Origin: Epithemia pelagica
Taxonomy: Eukaryota > Protista > Bacillariophyta
DNA: 64,000 nt
Reading direction: 5' to 3'
NCBI GenBank assembly: GCA_946965045.2
Contig: OX337241.1
Coordinates: forward strand, 2,170,001-2,234,000
How positions within the stretch are numbered: position 1 is the stretch's first letter; each line of letters starts with the position of its first letter. Below the pieces are notes generated by a model, which worked only from the letters and a program-made list of their open reading frames with translations, had not been told where the DNA came from and did not search any database. The translations under genes were made by a program, and so were the position numbers. Below, piece after piece: positions 45,906 through 57,335 of this stretch.

Positions 45906-46737
45906 AGTAGAGGGTTACCTGGTTGTTCCCCCATGGACCAACGAGCCTTTCATCGTTTCTGGAGTCTCTAGAACATTGCTTTGGATGTCATTGTGGAGGT
46001 TGTTCTCACTCGGTTCTGGATGTTGTTGTTCGGGTTCCAGACTCTCGATTGGAGAAGCACCAGCCGTATCTTCTCTACTTCCATCATCCTTGTCTCTTCC
46101 AAATTCCGGATCCACAATTGTCGCTTTCACCATTGTCGTCGTTGTGGTTCGTTTCAAGCTTCAACAACGAATTGTGGATAAATGAGAGATGTAAGTACGA
46201 GTAAGGTGTTATCAACCCTCATTTTTCTCGCTTTGGATCAGAGACTCACTATCTTTTTGGAATACAAATACCAAATACAGTACGAAAGTACGCACGGCAT
46301 TTACTATTTACTCCGTTGCAGTTGGCAGTATCCACGGGATCAAAATTTTAGCCAGATGCATGACCAAATCCTTTATGAACTCCAAGTGAGCATGGACTGC
46401 TTTGGTCTTGCATATCCTAAATATTCGTAATTGTGTTTGTATGTGCTTTTGTTTGTAAGATGCGGAATCCAAAACTACACCCCAACGGCGGAGATCGAAA
46501 TAGTCCTGACAACGACAAGAGTTGCAGAGCTTTGGAACGCGTGTAACCAACGCGACTGGCAGAGTGCGAGTGGGGTTCATGACCCATGACAACAAAAAAT
46601 GAACACATCTGCACTCGTAACAAAACAGCAAAGAATAATAGGAGTACATTCATTGCAGGTGTGGTCCATAACTCCACAGAAATAATACAACCCACCTTCT
46701 TCAACACATAGAGATACATTCCCTGCAGATATTCAGA

Positions 46738-48690
46738 ATGATGAATGGGAACAACAACAACATCGACGACGTAAACAGCAACGAAGACCAACGCGCGAGT
46801 TCGGAAGGCGACGCTCAAGGACAAAACAATGGAGAAACGAAGAAAAAACGAGCACGCGAGACACATGACGAAAGCGAGGATGATAAAAAGGAAACACAAG
46901 ACCAACAACGCAAGAAGGTTGCCAAAACTGAAGCTTCTGAGGAATCTGGTGGTGAGACTACTAACCAATCAAAGTTTGGAGAATGGTTGAAGAAAGTGGG
47001 TCCTAAATCGACACTCGAACAACAAATGTCTTTTGCCCTTGAACTATATGATGAATCTTGCTTGCAAGAACCCTCTCATACTACTGGCAACACCCGCACC
47101 ACCTCCGAAATTATTCAAATGTTGACACAGACAGATTTGTTGACGGCGGAAGCGTCCTCTTCGTTGATGTCGGCGGCTGGAATATCGGTGGATTGGATCT
47201 TGGATGTCGTTTGTCGAATTCCTTTTATTTCAACGTTATTGAAGGCCGATTGTAATTTGTTTTTCGTGCGTGAGGTTTGTGTCATTCAACTGCTTCAAGC
47301 TCGACTGGATATATGGTCAGGCCCACTTGTGAACCATGTCGAGGTACTCCATGAATCTTTGGATGATGCAACCAAAGCATCCTTTCGTGGTGGTGCGATC
47401 ATACAGGAGTTACCCACATTGTTCTTATCCTATACAGGCCGGTACTCGTTCTCCCAGTTCATCCAAGTTTTAGAGAAAGTCCGAGGCGAATACATATGGA
47501 TGGACGTTTTTTGCGTTGATCAATTTGCTTGGACTGGACAAAGCAAGTCCGAAGCCGTCACGCAACTCCGCAAAGACTTGATCAACGGATTGCCGGAACA
47601 AATCCAGAGCATCAAGAGAATTGCCTTGGTTTTGGAAAAATGGGATGAAGTCCTTCATACATTGAACCAAATTTGGGTGCTATGGGAGGTATTCAATGCC
47701 GTTAAAGTCAAGGCCAGGGCTCAAGATGAGCCAAGCCGAGTTGAAGGATTTCCTGAAAGCTGTTTTAGTTGGGGATGATAAAGTCCAGCAAGCCCTTGCA
47801 CAAATCAAGACAACAGAAGCGCAATCAAAAGACAATGTTGCACGTGCAGAGATCTTGACAAAAATGAAGACTATTGGGCATTTTACAGTAAGCTGTAAAG
47901 TTTCGGAATGGGTACGAAACTGGTACTGCGAACAGGCGATAGATTTCGGTTGGCAATCCATCTCTCAATATACAACGCGACGAGATAAACTTGCTTCCAT
48001 CAACAATATGGCCGTATTACTTAAGGCTCAAGGCAAACTCGCTGAGGCAGAGCCACTTTTCCGTGAGGCTTTGTCGTCAAGTCGTCGCGTACGTGGTGAT
48101 GACCATCCTCATACACTTGTTTCCATCAACAATATGGCCGCATTGCTTCAGGCTCAAGGCAAACTGGGTAAGGCAGACCCACTCTACCGCGAGGCATTGT
48201 CGTCCAGTCGGCGTGCACTAGGGGATGACCATCCTGATACACTTGTTTCCATCAACAATATGGCCGCATTGTTTCAGGCTCAAGGAAAACTCAGTGAGTC
48301 AGAGCCACTCTACCGCGAGGCTTTGTCATCACGTCGTTGCGTACTTGGAGATGACCATCCTGAAACGCTTGCTTCCATCAACAATATGGCCGCATTGCTT
48401 AAGGCTCAAGGAAAACTCAGTGAGTCAGAGCCACTCTACCGCGAGGCATTGTCGTCACGTCGTTGCGTACTTGGGGATGTCCATCCTGATTCACTTGGTT
48501 CCATCAACAATATGGCCGCATTGCTTGAGGCTCAATGTAAATTGGGTGAGGCAGAGCCACTCTACCACGTTTCTTTGTCGTCAGGTCGGCGTGTAGTTTG
48601 GGGATAACCATCCTCATACTCTTTTTTACATCAACAATATGGCCCAAATTCTTTTTGCTCAAGGCAAGCTGACCGAGGCATTGCCATGTT
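46738..48690 (+). pseudogene. HET-like domain plus 42-aa TPR array (kinesin-light-chain-type TPR); frameshifts near 47715 and 48597
   Basis: LFLSYTG...YIWMDVFCVDQ...QIWVLWEV HET-like motifs, then INNMA.LL.AQGKL.E.EPL.REAL...LGDDHP.TL.S repeats at 126-bp period (five complete or near-complete plus a partial sixth). Confidence 0.8.
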
Positions 48691-49190
48691 GGCGCTGGTG
48701 TTGTTGGCGCTGCTAACGTTTCTCTATCCATGGTGTACGTTGAATTCGAGATGTCGAGGATTGGCAGAGGCGAACTGGAACTTTGTCTTTCCTCAAGGAC
48801 TAAATCAAAGACGATAGGATTGAAAAATGTACTTGATACCAAACTTGGATCAGCACTGACATTGTCGTCTTAACTGTGCACCAGAACCGTCTAAACAAAC
48901 GCCAACAAACCATTGAAAAAGTGAGTTTCACCATTCGACGACAGACCCTAACCTAGTACTAAGCGGTAGTATGATTACGAGAAGGCGCAGGAACCGCTCA
49001 CTGATGATTCATGGTGTGTTTTGGTTGGAACCATCTGGATGTTTACCACCGGACGGTCGACTACCACGGGTTAGACTACTAACTCCATACCAGACTGTGT
49101 AGGTAGTTCGTCTCACATTTTTATACTACAGTAGGAATTTTTTGTACGACCGGGAAGTAGTTTCGTGCGAGTCGCGCGGTTTCCCTCTCG

Positions 49191-49242
49191 TGTGTGACAC
49201 TTGTGTGACACTTGTGTGACACTTTTGTGACACTTTGTGACA
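49191..49242 (+). repeat. About 4.7 x 11-bp tandem repeat TGTGTGACACT
   Basis: Directly visible. Confidence 0.9.
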
Positions 49243-49767
49243 TGGCTTCCAGGAATTTCTCACTACCTACACAGCTTGATAGGGAGTAAGTTTACTACTT
49301 CCCTGTGTCTGGCCGTCCTCTCGCGTCGGGCGCGCCCGGCTTGTCGGGAGAATGACTCGACGGGCAATTGTCTTGTCGGGCGTGCGCCCTCCTCGACCAT
49401 TGCCCTCCTCGTCATTCTACCCTCCGCGCCGGGCGGTCCCTCCTTGAAAGGACTCGACACCGGGAAGTATTAATACTACCTTAGGGTGGGATTCCACTTG
49501 GACTTCATCGGTGAAAGAGGCTTCTTCTGATGCTCAGTACTAGGTAGTGTGTATGGTCATAGTGAGTGAGTCGAACGCGCTACACGGAGGCACAGTATTC
49601 GTATGTTGTGGTGGCAAATGTTAATCTTCTGGGAGAGAATTTTGGGTTCTCTGCCAATGATATTTGACCAGTTCAACCAAGAAATGGTCCAGTACTCCAC
49701 CGTGTTAGGTGAAGCAAACAAACGCACTTTCTGTGGACAAGCACATTGGATTCGGTGCATCATGAAT

Positions 49768-51201
49768 CTAGCTGTCCGGTGTTTCAGTGAGTTGCCACTC
49801 TGGAGTTACCTCCATGGCCCATTGAAATTTGTCTTGCAAGACCCTGGAAAAAATATTGTCGATTGGGACATGATTGCGTTTGCACCAGGCAACCGTAATG
49901 CGTGGATCCATGTAGTTGATTGGAGGAATCTCCAACAAGACTTCCTTCACGGTACCAACTAGTTTCAGATGCGAATCCATTTTGGAAACCTTGGCCTCCC
50001 ACATGGAAATGCGTTTCTTTACTTGACCCATGGCTGGAACATTCTCCCACAAGTGAGCGTGGTCAAATTTGTTTGCCATTAAATCACGACGCAATCGCTT
50101 TGCATCTTGGTCTGCTTGGGTGGCCGCACTCTTTTCTGCCTCAGTTTCGGCAGTGTCCATCAGTTTCCGGGCCTTGGTGGCGGCTTCTTGGACTTGTTCG
50201 TCCATGGCATGACTTGATTGGCGCAAGGGAATTTTGGAGGGTTCGTTGGTTTCAATGTAACCTTCAATAGTTTTGAGTTCCTCAAGTTGTCGTTTGAGTG
50301 TGGTAATTTTCCCTCGAGCAGTTTCGACTCTCGTGGCTTGAGCCCGGCTCACCGTTCGTTGGTGGTTGCACAAAATGGCCATTGCCGATGGGCGCTGTTG
50401 TACTCCTCAAGCTTTTCGGCCAGTGTCAAGGTTCCCCACCGAGGCGACGCTTCGTGATTGCGGAGTTTGGTTTGGAAGGTTATGGATGAATTGTAGGCAC
50501 GAAAGACAGTGGCCGTCAATCCGTCCATCAATGTATGTAAATGAGCGTTCAACCGAGTGGGATTGATGGCATCCAAGACAGACTCTGTCCTTTCTTTATT
50601 TGCGCAGAATTCCTGGAGATTTTCATAGACTTGATGGCCCATTCGACCACCGTTGCTCGGATCGTTGAACCGGACATCTCCCAAATCGATCAGCTGTTGG
50701 AACACCATGGAATCTTTTCCCGGCTGTTTCAGCTCCACTTCACGATTGTTGTCTCCCCCTCGTGCCTTGGGATCAAACGTCACATTTTCCACTCGCAAGG
50801 TGCAACATCCTACCTACCGTCGTATCGTCCTCGTGGTCATGGTCATGGTTGCCTTGCTCGTCCCCCACGTACAAGGCCAGTCGATCCATGAGCCACGTGG
50901 CTGTGGCCAATTGTTTCGTTTCCTTTTCCGTGGATTGCAAATCTTTTTGGTACGACGTGCGAATGTGAGCAATGTGCTGGCACAAGAGTGCTGCCTTGAC
51001 ATAGAGGAGGGATGCATCGTCTCCATCCAATTTCGCACGATTGCTCACCGACTCGGAACCAGAGTGTTGTCCCTCTTCTTCGGAACTTTGCGTAGCGCTC
51101 CTCGGCATGACAGATTCTACTTTGTCATTATTTGCACCAGGTGAGAATAATCCTGCCGCGGAGACATGCTGCTCTTGAGCTCCAGCTTTTGCCGCATCCA
51201 T
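49768..51201 (-). pseudogene. TOP1: DNA topoisomerase IB core and C-terminal fragment with two frameshifts
   Basis: [17 protein letters not shown]|[45 protein letters not shown]. Frameshifts: 4-bp duplication at 50810-50817 and a 1-bp loss near 50383. Confidence 0.88.
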
Positions 51202-52201
51202 CCTTCATGGAGATCTATGGGCAACAAACAAAATGATTGGGTTGAAGCTCCGAGAATCTTTTTTTGGATGCAGGAAGTCCCCCAGGAGCGCCCCCAAAGC
51301 CGAAAGAGCCATTTGGTCTTGGGGCCATTATTTCACTTTTGTATGTGTGTCTTTCGTCGCCAGCCGGATCTCCATATAAATATTTAGGAGCACGCGCGTC
51401 ACGCCAGATTTTCGACCACACCCACGATTGGATCTGCAAAAAGGCATCATGACAATGGCGGTCCTTTCTCCATGAGCTCTGAGCCCATTTTGTTACAGAG
51501 CCTATGTCCTTGCAACAGAGGGAGAAGGATTGACTCTCGTCTCAACAACTAATCGTACGTATTGGCTTCGACAATTCATTGCGTGGCGATACAGTCGCTT
51601 CAAGATGTCGGGTCTTTTTTTTCTTTTTGCCACGAGTGATTGGGACCGGGTCTTTCCTCGCCCCCATTGGAACAACAATGATGTGTTCCGCCTAGCTACA
51701 ACATCTAAGTTCTGGGACAAGAAGAGATGGATGGACGTGGATTCCCACATTATCGCAGAACATGAATTTGAAAGTCCAAGCAAGTTCCATGGGAATGGAC
51801 CCACACGTGCTTCATTCGTGTCTCTGGTCCACGACCGAAAACCTGCGACTGTTCCGATGTGGAGTGCAGCATCCCCAAGACAGGAGGGGGAGCCTTTCGT
51901 CCACATCACCAAACAGATACTTTTGGTACATGTGGTTGCTTTGTCATTGTTCCGAGCATTGAAACTTGCAAGGACCACACCACAAGCAAACACAGTTCCG
52001 TGGGGTGGAATTCGTGGTTGCGACTCCCACTCTCCTCTCATAGATTGACCATTCGTTCTCACCGATACCAATATACACACCTTCATACTGACATTCGACA
52101 CCATACCACATTCCAAGCCAGAAGTTGTTCCCAACACTGTCCGTACCACGGAGCATGAATTCCAACTTCTTCAGGAATGGTGGGATGCAACAGAACAGGA
52201 A

Positions 52202-52885
52202 GTGGTGCATGAGCCGAAGACGACCCGTTGCTCCAAAGTGATTCACAAGCCTCGCAGTATTCTGAAACGGACCAACGGATCCGAGAACAACAAGGCGCTG
52301 TTACAGCAACGAAGCCATGTCCCAAACCTGTCTCCATCATCATCATCTCCCCGAACAACAACACCCACTCGGCTTCACAGCCGACGATCGGTCCACTTTA
52401 CGGCCGTCACAGTCCACTATCACGCAACGATTCTCGGTGACAATCCGTCGGTTTCGTGCGGTGCACCCTTGGCCTTGGGATGGAAGCGTGTCTTCACGTC
52501 CCACTACGCCGACTTGAGGAGTTACGAAGCACAAGAACACCCCTACATTAGTAGCAAGAGCATTGACCGACTCAAGCTGTCGGCGCAACGACGAGAAAGC
52601 CGACTCTTGCAACAAGGATTTGGTATCCCAGATATCCGCCGATGCATGTTTCAAATCAGTGCTCTCAAGAAGGAAGCCAAACGAAACAAGGCTGATTTTG
52701 AACAAGAAAAACGAGATCCCCTTGTTGTCATGGGTCCCACTACGGGTTCCGGAACACATCCAGTCAATGAAGATGCAGTCAGAAAGTCATTCCCAGTGAC
52801 AAAGTCGAGAGATGTACGCATTACTCATTGTCGAAAAAGAATTGGACAACTGTTCCAAGGAAGACGACATCGCATATTCGTATAG
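52202..52885 (+). CDS. RVxF/CSRNP-N-like family protein, paralog 2 (true start probably upstream; frame is open from 52049)
   Basis: RRSVHFTAVTVHYHATILGDNPSVSCGAPLALGW...YE...LKLSAQRRESRLLQQGF. Confidence 0.7.
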   Translation: MVHEPKTTRCSKVIHKPRSILKRTNGSENNKALLQQRSHVPNLSPSSSSPRTTTPTRLHSRRSVHFTAVTVHYHATILGDNPSVSCGAPLALGWKRVFTSHYADLRSYEAQEHPYISSKSIDRLKLSAQRRESRLLQQGFGIPDIRRCMFQISALKKEAKRNKADFEQEKRDPLVVMGPTTGSGTHPVNEDAVRKSFPVTKSRDVRITHCRKRIGQLFQGRRHRIFV

Positions 52886-54151
52886 CCGCATTGCAGCTTA
52901 GTAGTCGCTTATAAATTTGCATAAATCTTGTTTCACTAGGTTACCAGCCAAGCTACTCGTACCTTGTTCTATCCGTATGCCTCGTTTTGTTTATTGTTCC
53001 CAAAATGGACACAGGAAAACGTTTGGAAAGTCCCACCGACGCCGAGAAAATAGAAAATGCATCGCCGCCAATTGTTTGTTCGTGGGAAGCTCGGCTTGCG
53101 TCCCAGGACTAGTTTCGGGAAAAACATGATACGCGCACGATATAAGTCCGTGGTCACAATCCATCCTGGGAATCTGGTTGGGTCCATAGCTTGTGGATTC
53201 GCTCACGCCGGCCGATGTGCTCGCCCTCTGGCTGTCTCTTTGCCCTCATTATTTCTAAAACCCTTTTTGTACAAGCATCTCGTCCGGATGGCCCATGTTC
53301 GGTGGTTTATTTTTAAAAAAGTCAAGATTCTACTCGTATGAGAAGTGATTTTCTCAATAAATCATAATTCAGAGCTGCAACAACCTGTACAACCGTTGAG
53401 ATTAAACTGAGTACATCGTCCGTGAATCAACCTGATTTTAAACTCAAAATGAGATCACGTCTTGATTCATTCCAGTTTTGAAAGTAAGTGAAAGCTCCTC
53501 ATGTGATCGACGTGATCGACCAATGTTCATTTTATGTAATTTGGTTTGTGACTTCTTTTGGTTCGTCGTCGTCGTCGTCGTCCAGTCGGTTCACCATTGT
53601 CATGCCGATAAAGCCTCGAAGAAGCGCCTGTTCGACTTTGGACACCCCGCCAATCCTTCGAGAAATCAATCAGAAGTTTGGACGATAGTCATTCGTAGAA
53701 AAGAGGAGAATTGATTTTAGATTTCTTATTGAAGCAGACAATTAACCTTTCCGGGATCGGTTGGCAGTGGTTTCTCATGAGGACTTTCGAACGGGCAAAA
53801 GCAGTAGAGCCTTCTTGAGGCTTTCGTTCTCGCGCAGGATCTTCCATTCCAAAGAATTCAAAGATGGTAGTCTTTCTGGATCGAGCCAAGCATGGCCGTC
53901 GGCTTTTGCTGGGAGAAGCATGAAAAAGACTAGAGCACATGGCCCGATGGACCCATTCCCGCACATGTCTTGATGACGCCACAGGAATTAGAGTCTCCGT
54001 CTACCCAAATTTTGTTTGGTTATTTTGAGACCCAATCCTGCAACATCAAGAAGCAGGTCTCGCAAGCACTGTTCTGGGCCTCCTCCAAGTAAGCTGCGAC
54101 ACGGTTTCTTCGGCTCGTTAATCGTCCTATTGGCGCACTCCATTCAGTCAG

Positions 54152-54781
54152 TCATATTCCCGATCCATCCAATGGAGCTCCAAAAAAGTCTTGTTCACTC
54201 TTCCATTCTTCTTTGTAGAATAAGTCGGGCCGTACTGGAATCCGCAAGCCTTCGGCACGCTTGGGATTGGACCGCACAAACAAAATGTAGTCATCCAAAG
54301 ACTTGCATTGCAAGACGGAAATGGCGAGTTGCCGGGTCTCCTCATAGGATCGCATCAATCCTAACCATTCGTCCCACGAGACCCATTCGGGAGCGTACAT
54401 TTCGTCTGGATGACTCGGTACATATTGTCCTAATTGGCCCGATGCCACGGCTTCGTCCCAATCTTCCTTGGAACGATGACCAAACTGCAAGACACGTTTC
54501 CGGCATTTCTCAAAGGGGTTTAATTTTCGGTAGCGTTTGGTCCAGGCCAGAGAACGATTGCGGTAGGGCTTGATTGGAATATCGTCGTCATCGTCGTCGA
54601 AATCATCATTGTCGTCATCATCTTCTTCTTGGAACATTGTCGCATCCTCGCGGTCAAACAGAGGACTTGATCTTTCAACATTGGATAGTACACACCAATG
54701 TTCGTTACAGAAGCAGAGTACTGGAATGAAGTACAAGAATATAAAGAAGAGTAAAGGCTGACCAATAGTCAACGACGTCAT
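54152..54781 (-). CDS. Protein with two phage-integrase-repeat-like units and a hydrophobic N-terminus
   Basis: PFEKCRKRVLQFGHRSKEDW...VPSHPDEMYAPEWVSWDEWLG and SYEETRQLA..LQCKSLDDY...IPVRPDLFYKEEWKSEQDFFG match the INT_rpt (PF14882-type) pattern. Confidence 0.65.
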   Translation of the reverse strand: MTSLTIGQPLLFFIFLYFIPVLCFCNEHWCVLSNVERSSPLFDREDATMFQEEDDDDNDDFDDDDDDIPIKPYRNRSLAWTKRYRKLNPFEKCRKRVLQFGHRSKEDWDEAVASGQLGQYVPSHPDEMYAPEWVSWDEWLGLMRSYEETRQLAISVLQCKSLDDYILFVRSNPKRAEGLRIPVRPDLFYKEEWKSEQDFFGAPLDGSGI

Positions 54782-55249
54782 TTTCCGGGCAATTGGCAGC
54801 TGAATTTAAGTCAGACCGTATTTCGACGAGCAGCGTTCAACAAGGGTTGTAAATGGTATTGAGATACCGATGGTGGCGCCTTTTGGTTCCTCAGTCCAAA
54901 GTACAATCTCTGGGACCCTGATCTCACGTCGTACGTTTGTTACATTGTTTCTAAGCCGCATTTGAAGGATGCACCTCATTTTTTGACCACATCAGCAAAG
55001 GTCGCGCCGGGCTTCCTTGCGTCACTGTAATAAGAGTATGGATGTGGCTGCCGTTATTTGTCGGGACTGATCGGGACCAACGTCAGGCGTGCCGTTCTCC
55101 TGGTCTGGATCTTTTTTGCCCTCACACATTGTTGGATCTTTATAAACATGCAACATGCCCCTGGTCAAGAGTCGGTGTCTGCCAGACTGCAGTTTTATTC
55201 TCGAATTTATAGATATTTGTATGATCAACATGTAGATCTGTCGATTCAA

Positions 55250-55730
55250 GTTTCAAGTCACTACTCGTACTTTCAAGAAGGACGCCAAAAACAAAACAAG
55301 GCTGGTTTTGAACAAAAGAATCGAGATCCGCCTGTTCTCATCGGTGACCCACCCCGAGGGTTCCGGGGCGCATCCAGTCATTGAAGAGATTCAGTCGGAA
55401 AGTCCTTTTCAGCTACAAAGTCGAATCGCTCATTGTTGAAGAAAGAATTGGATGCCTTTTCAAGGAACACTACATCGCATATTCGTGTAGTGACATTTCA
55501 GCCCCATCAAGTCGAATGGTACAATAGCTTCCAAACTTGGTTTACAAGAGATTAACAGTCAAGCACCTAATAGTTTTTTCTCTTCCCACTCCGGGCTGAA
55601 CTCTTTTTAGGAGAAGAAGTCCCACCGACGCCGAGAAAATAGAAAATGTTTCGCCGCGAATGATTACTCGTAGTTGCACGTGGGAAGCTCGGCTTGCGTC
55701 TCAGGACTAGTTTCGGGCAAAAATCGATGC
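55250..55730. repeat. Degenerate direct copy of about 52650-53130 (3' end of paralog 2 plus downstream sequence)
   Basis: Shared AACAAGGCTG.TTTTGAACAA, CATCGCATATTCGT and GTCCCACCGACGCCGAGAAAATAGAAAATG...GGGAAGCTCGGCTTGCGTC.CAGGACTAGTTTCGGG. Approximate boundaries. Confidence 0.75.
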
Positions 55731-56090
55731 AAGCCCTTGGACACTCTCCGACCACCGAAGTTGGTTGGGTTCGTCTCTTGTGCGACCGAAACCGGCCAAA
55801 TGGTCCGTAACAAATAACTGCAGACGTGTCATAGTCGTACTCTGGTGGGGGGAAACACGACAGCAGCGCGAGAAGAAGACGAATGAGAATCAATCCCACC
55901 AATCCCAAAGCAACAACGACCAACGAATAAAAGCGATAGACCCAAGACCACGCTGTTTTCACACCTGTCCACGACACTTTTGCATCATCCTCACAATTTT
56001 GTCATAAAAGAAGGGATACGCTCAATAACAAAACCATGGGCAACCATAAGGTGCACCCTACTCGTAACACAAGCATAACTTTTAATTAAC

Positions 56091-56765
56091 ATGAAGCCAG
56101 AAGAGTCCGACCTTTCCGAGAAACTGTCTCAAAGCAGCACGGTACAAGAAGAAGACTCATCTCTCGACTCTTTGAAACAAGTGCCTGCTTCGCATTTGGG
56201 CTCGGTCTCATCTCTCAAAAGTTCATTGAAAGTGAAGAGCCAACGAGACTCTATTTCACAGAAATACAATCAAAACAAGGTGGCGGCAAAAGTATCTGGC
56301 AATGGAAATGATGAGAAGGATCGAGGAACCAAGAACAATACTTCCTCTGTTCGTTCGAAACGTAGGCCACGTCATCACTCGATGCATCTTCCCTTTTCCG
56401 ATTCTCGGATCCGATTCTCCCAAGTGCAGGTACATTATCACGATGTTGTAATGGGAGATCATCCTTGCAGCACGGATGGTCCACCCATTGCTTTGGGTTG
56501 GGAACGAGTGGATTCCGAAGTGTTTTCACCTCATGAATTTGAGGAACAACGGAGGCAACGCCCAAAGGACGAACTGGTCATGACCAAACGAGAACGCGAA
56601 CAAATTTTGCGACTTGCCGGATATAGCAAAACGGAAATTCGAGAAGGAGCTGCCTTTGACGCACAGTCGAAGAATGTTGAAAAGCGTTCCAAGCAAAAGC
56701 GGTCGTTTTCCATGTTCCATCGAGTCTTTTCGAGACGACAGCATGAACGCAATCATACATGTTGA
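56091..56765 (+). CDS. RVxF/CSRNP-N-like family protein, paralog 3
   Basis: SRIRFSQVQVHYHDVVMGDHPCSTDGPPIALGW...FEEQRR...ELVMTKREREQILRLAGYS. Confidence 0.72.
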   Translation: MKPEESDLSEKLSQSSTVQEEDSSLDSLKQVPASHLGSVSSLKSSLKVKSQRDSISQKYNQNKVAAKVSGNGNDEKDRGTKNNTSSVRSKRRPRHHSMHLPFSDSRIRFSQVQVHYHDVVMGDHPCSTDGPPIALGWERVDSEVFSPHEFEEQRRQRPKDELVMTKREREQILRLAGYSKTEIREGAAFDAQSKNVEKRSKQKRSFSMFHRVFSRRQHERNHTC

Positions 56766-57047
56766 ACCTCTCTAAGAACGAGTTGAAACTGTCATTTTGT
56801 ATTGTCGACGCTATTTGTGGATTAGAGCTTCGAGTTGACAAGTTTCACTGCGATACATCGGAGATGGAAACGACCGTTCATTTTGTCATTGTGTGTTGTT
56901 GGCGTTTTCATGACAAAGGCTGTGCCACAGAAATCTAAGTCTCTCAGCTCTTTCAAGCAAGGAGTATTCTTCGTGTGTTATTGGGAAGGTTTGGCTCTAC
57001 CTTTCACCCTCCCTACCCATCCGCCACATTGCCCAAGTGAGTTAGTA

Positions 57048-57165
57048 CATGCGAACAAATGTAACTGAAGACAACTTTAAACCATACAACAGCTACCCAT
57101 CCGCTACACTACCCAGACCATGCGAACAAATGTAACTGAAGACAACTTTAAACCATACAACAGCT
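57048..57165 (+). repeat. Exact 47-bp direct repeat (57048-57094, 57119-57165)
   Basis: CATGCGAACAAATGTAACTGAAGACAACTTTAAACCATACAACAGCT twice. Confidence 0.9.
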
Positions 57166-57335
57166 TAGGCTACAATCGTCCCGGTTGAGATATGGAGAAC
57201 ACTTCTTGTCGTTCTCACATCCATTTGGTCGTGGGGCAGGAAGAGTTGATGGTATCTGTGCCACTAAGAATCTTTGTGTCTGCTGTAATTAATTACAAAC
57301 TCATGTCATCACACAAGTTCCATGTGACAATCTCT

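Noticed and set aside
47998-48650. CRISPR-like regularly spaced repeats
   Set aside because: The 126-bp period is in-frame TPR coding repeats with related, not unique, spacers; there are no cas genes and the genome is eukaryotic.
51530-52048. 172-aa ORF in frame with paralog 2 (one TGA between them)
   Set aside because: No recognisable protein features; cannot distinguish an upstream exon or intron from chance without transcript data.
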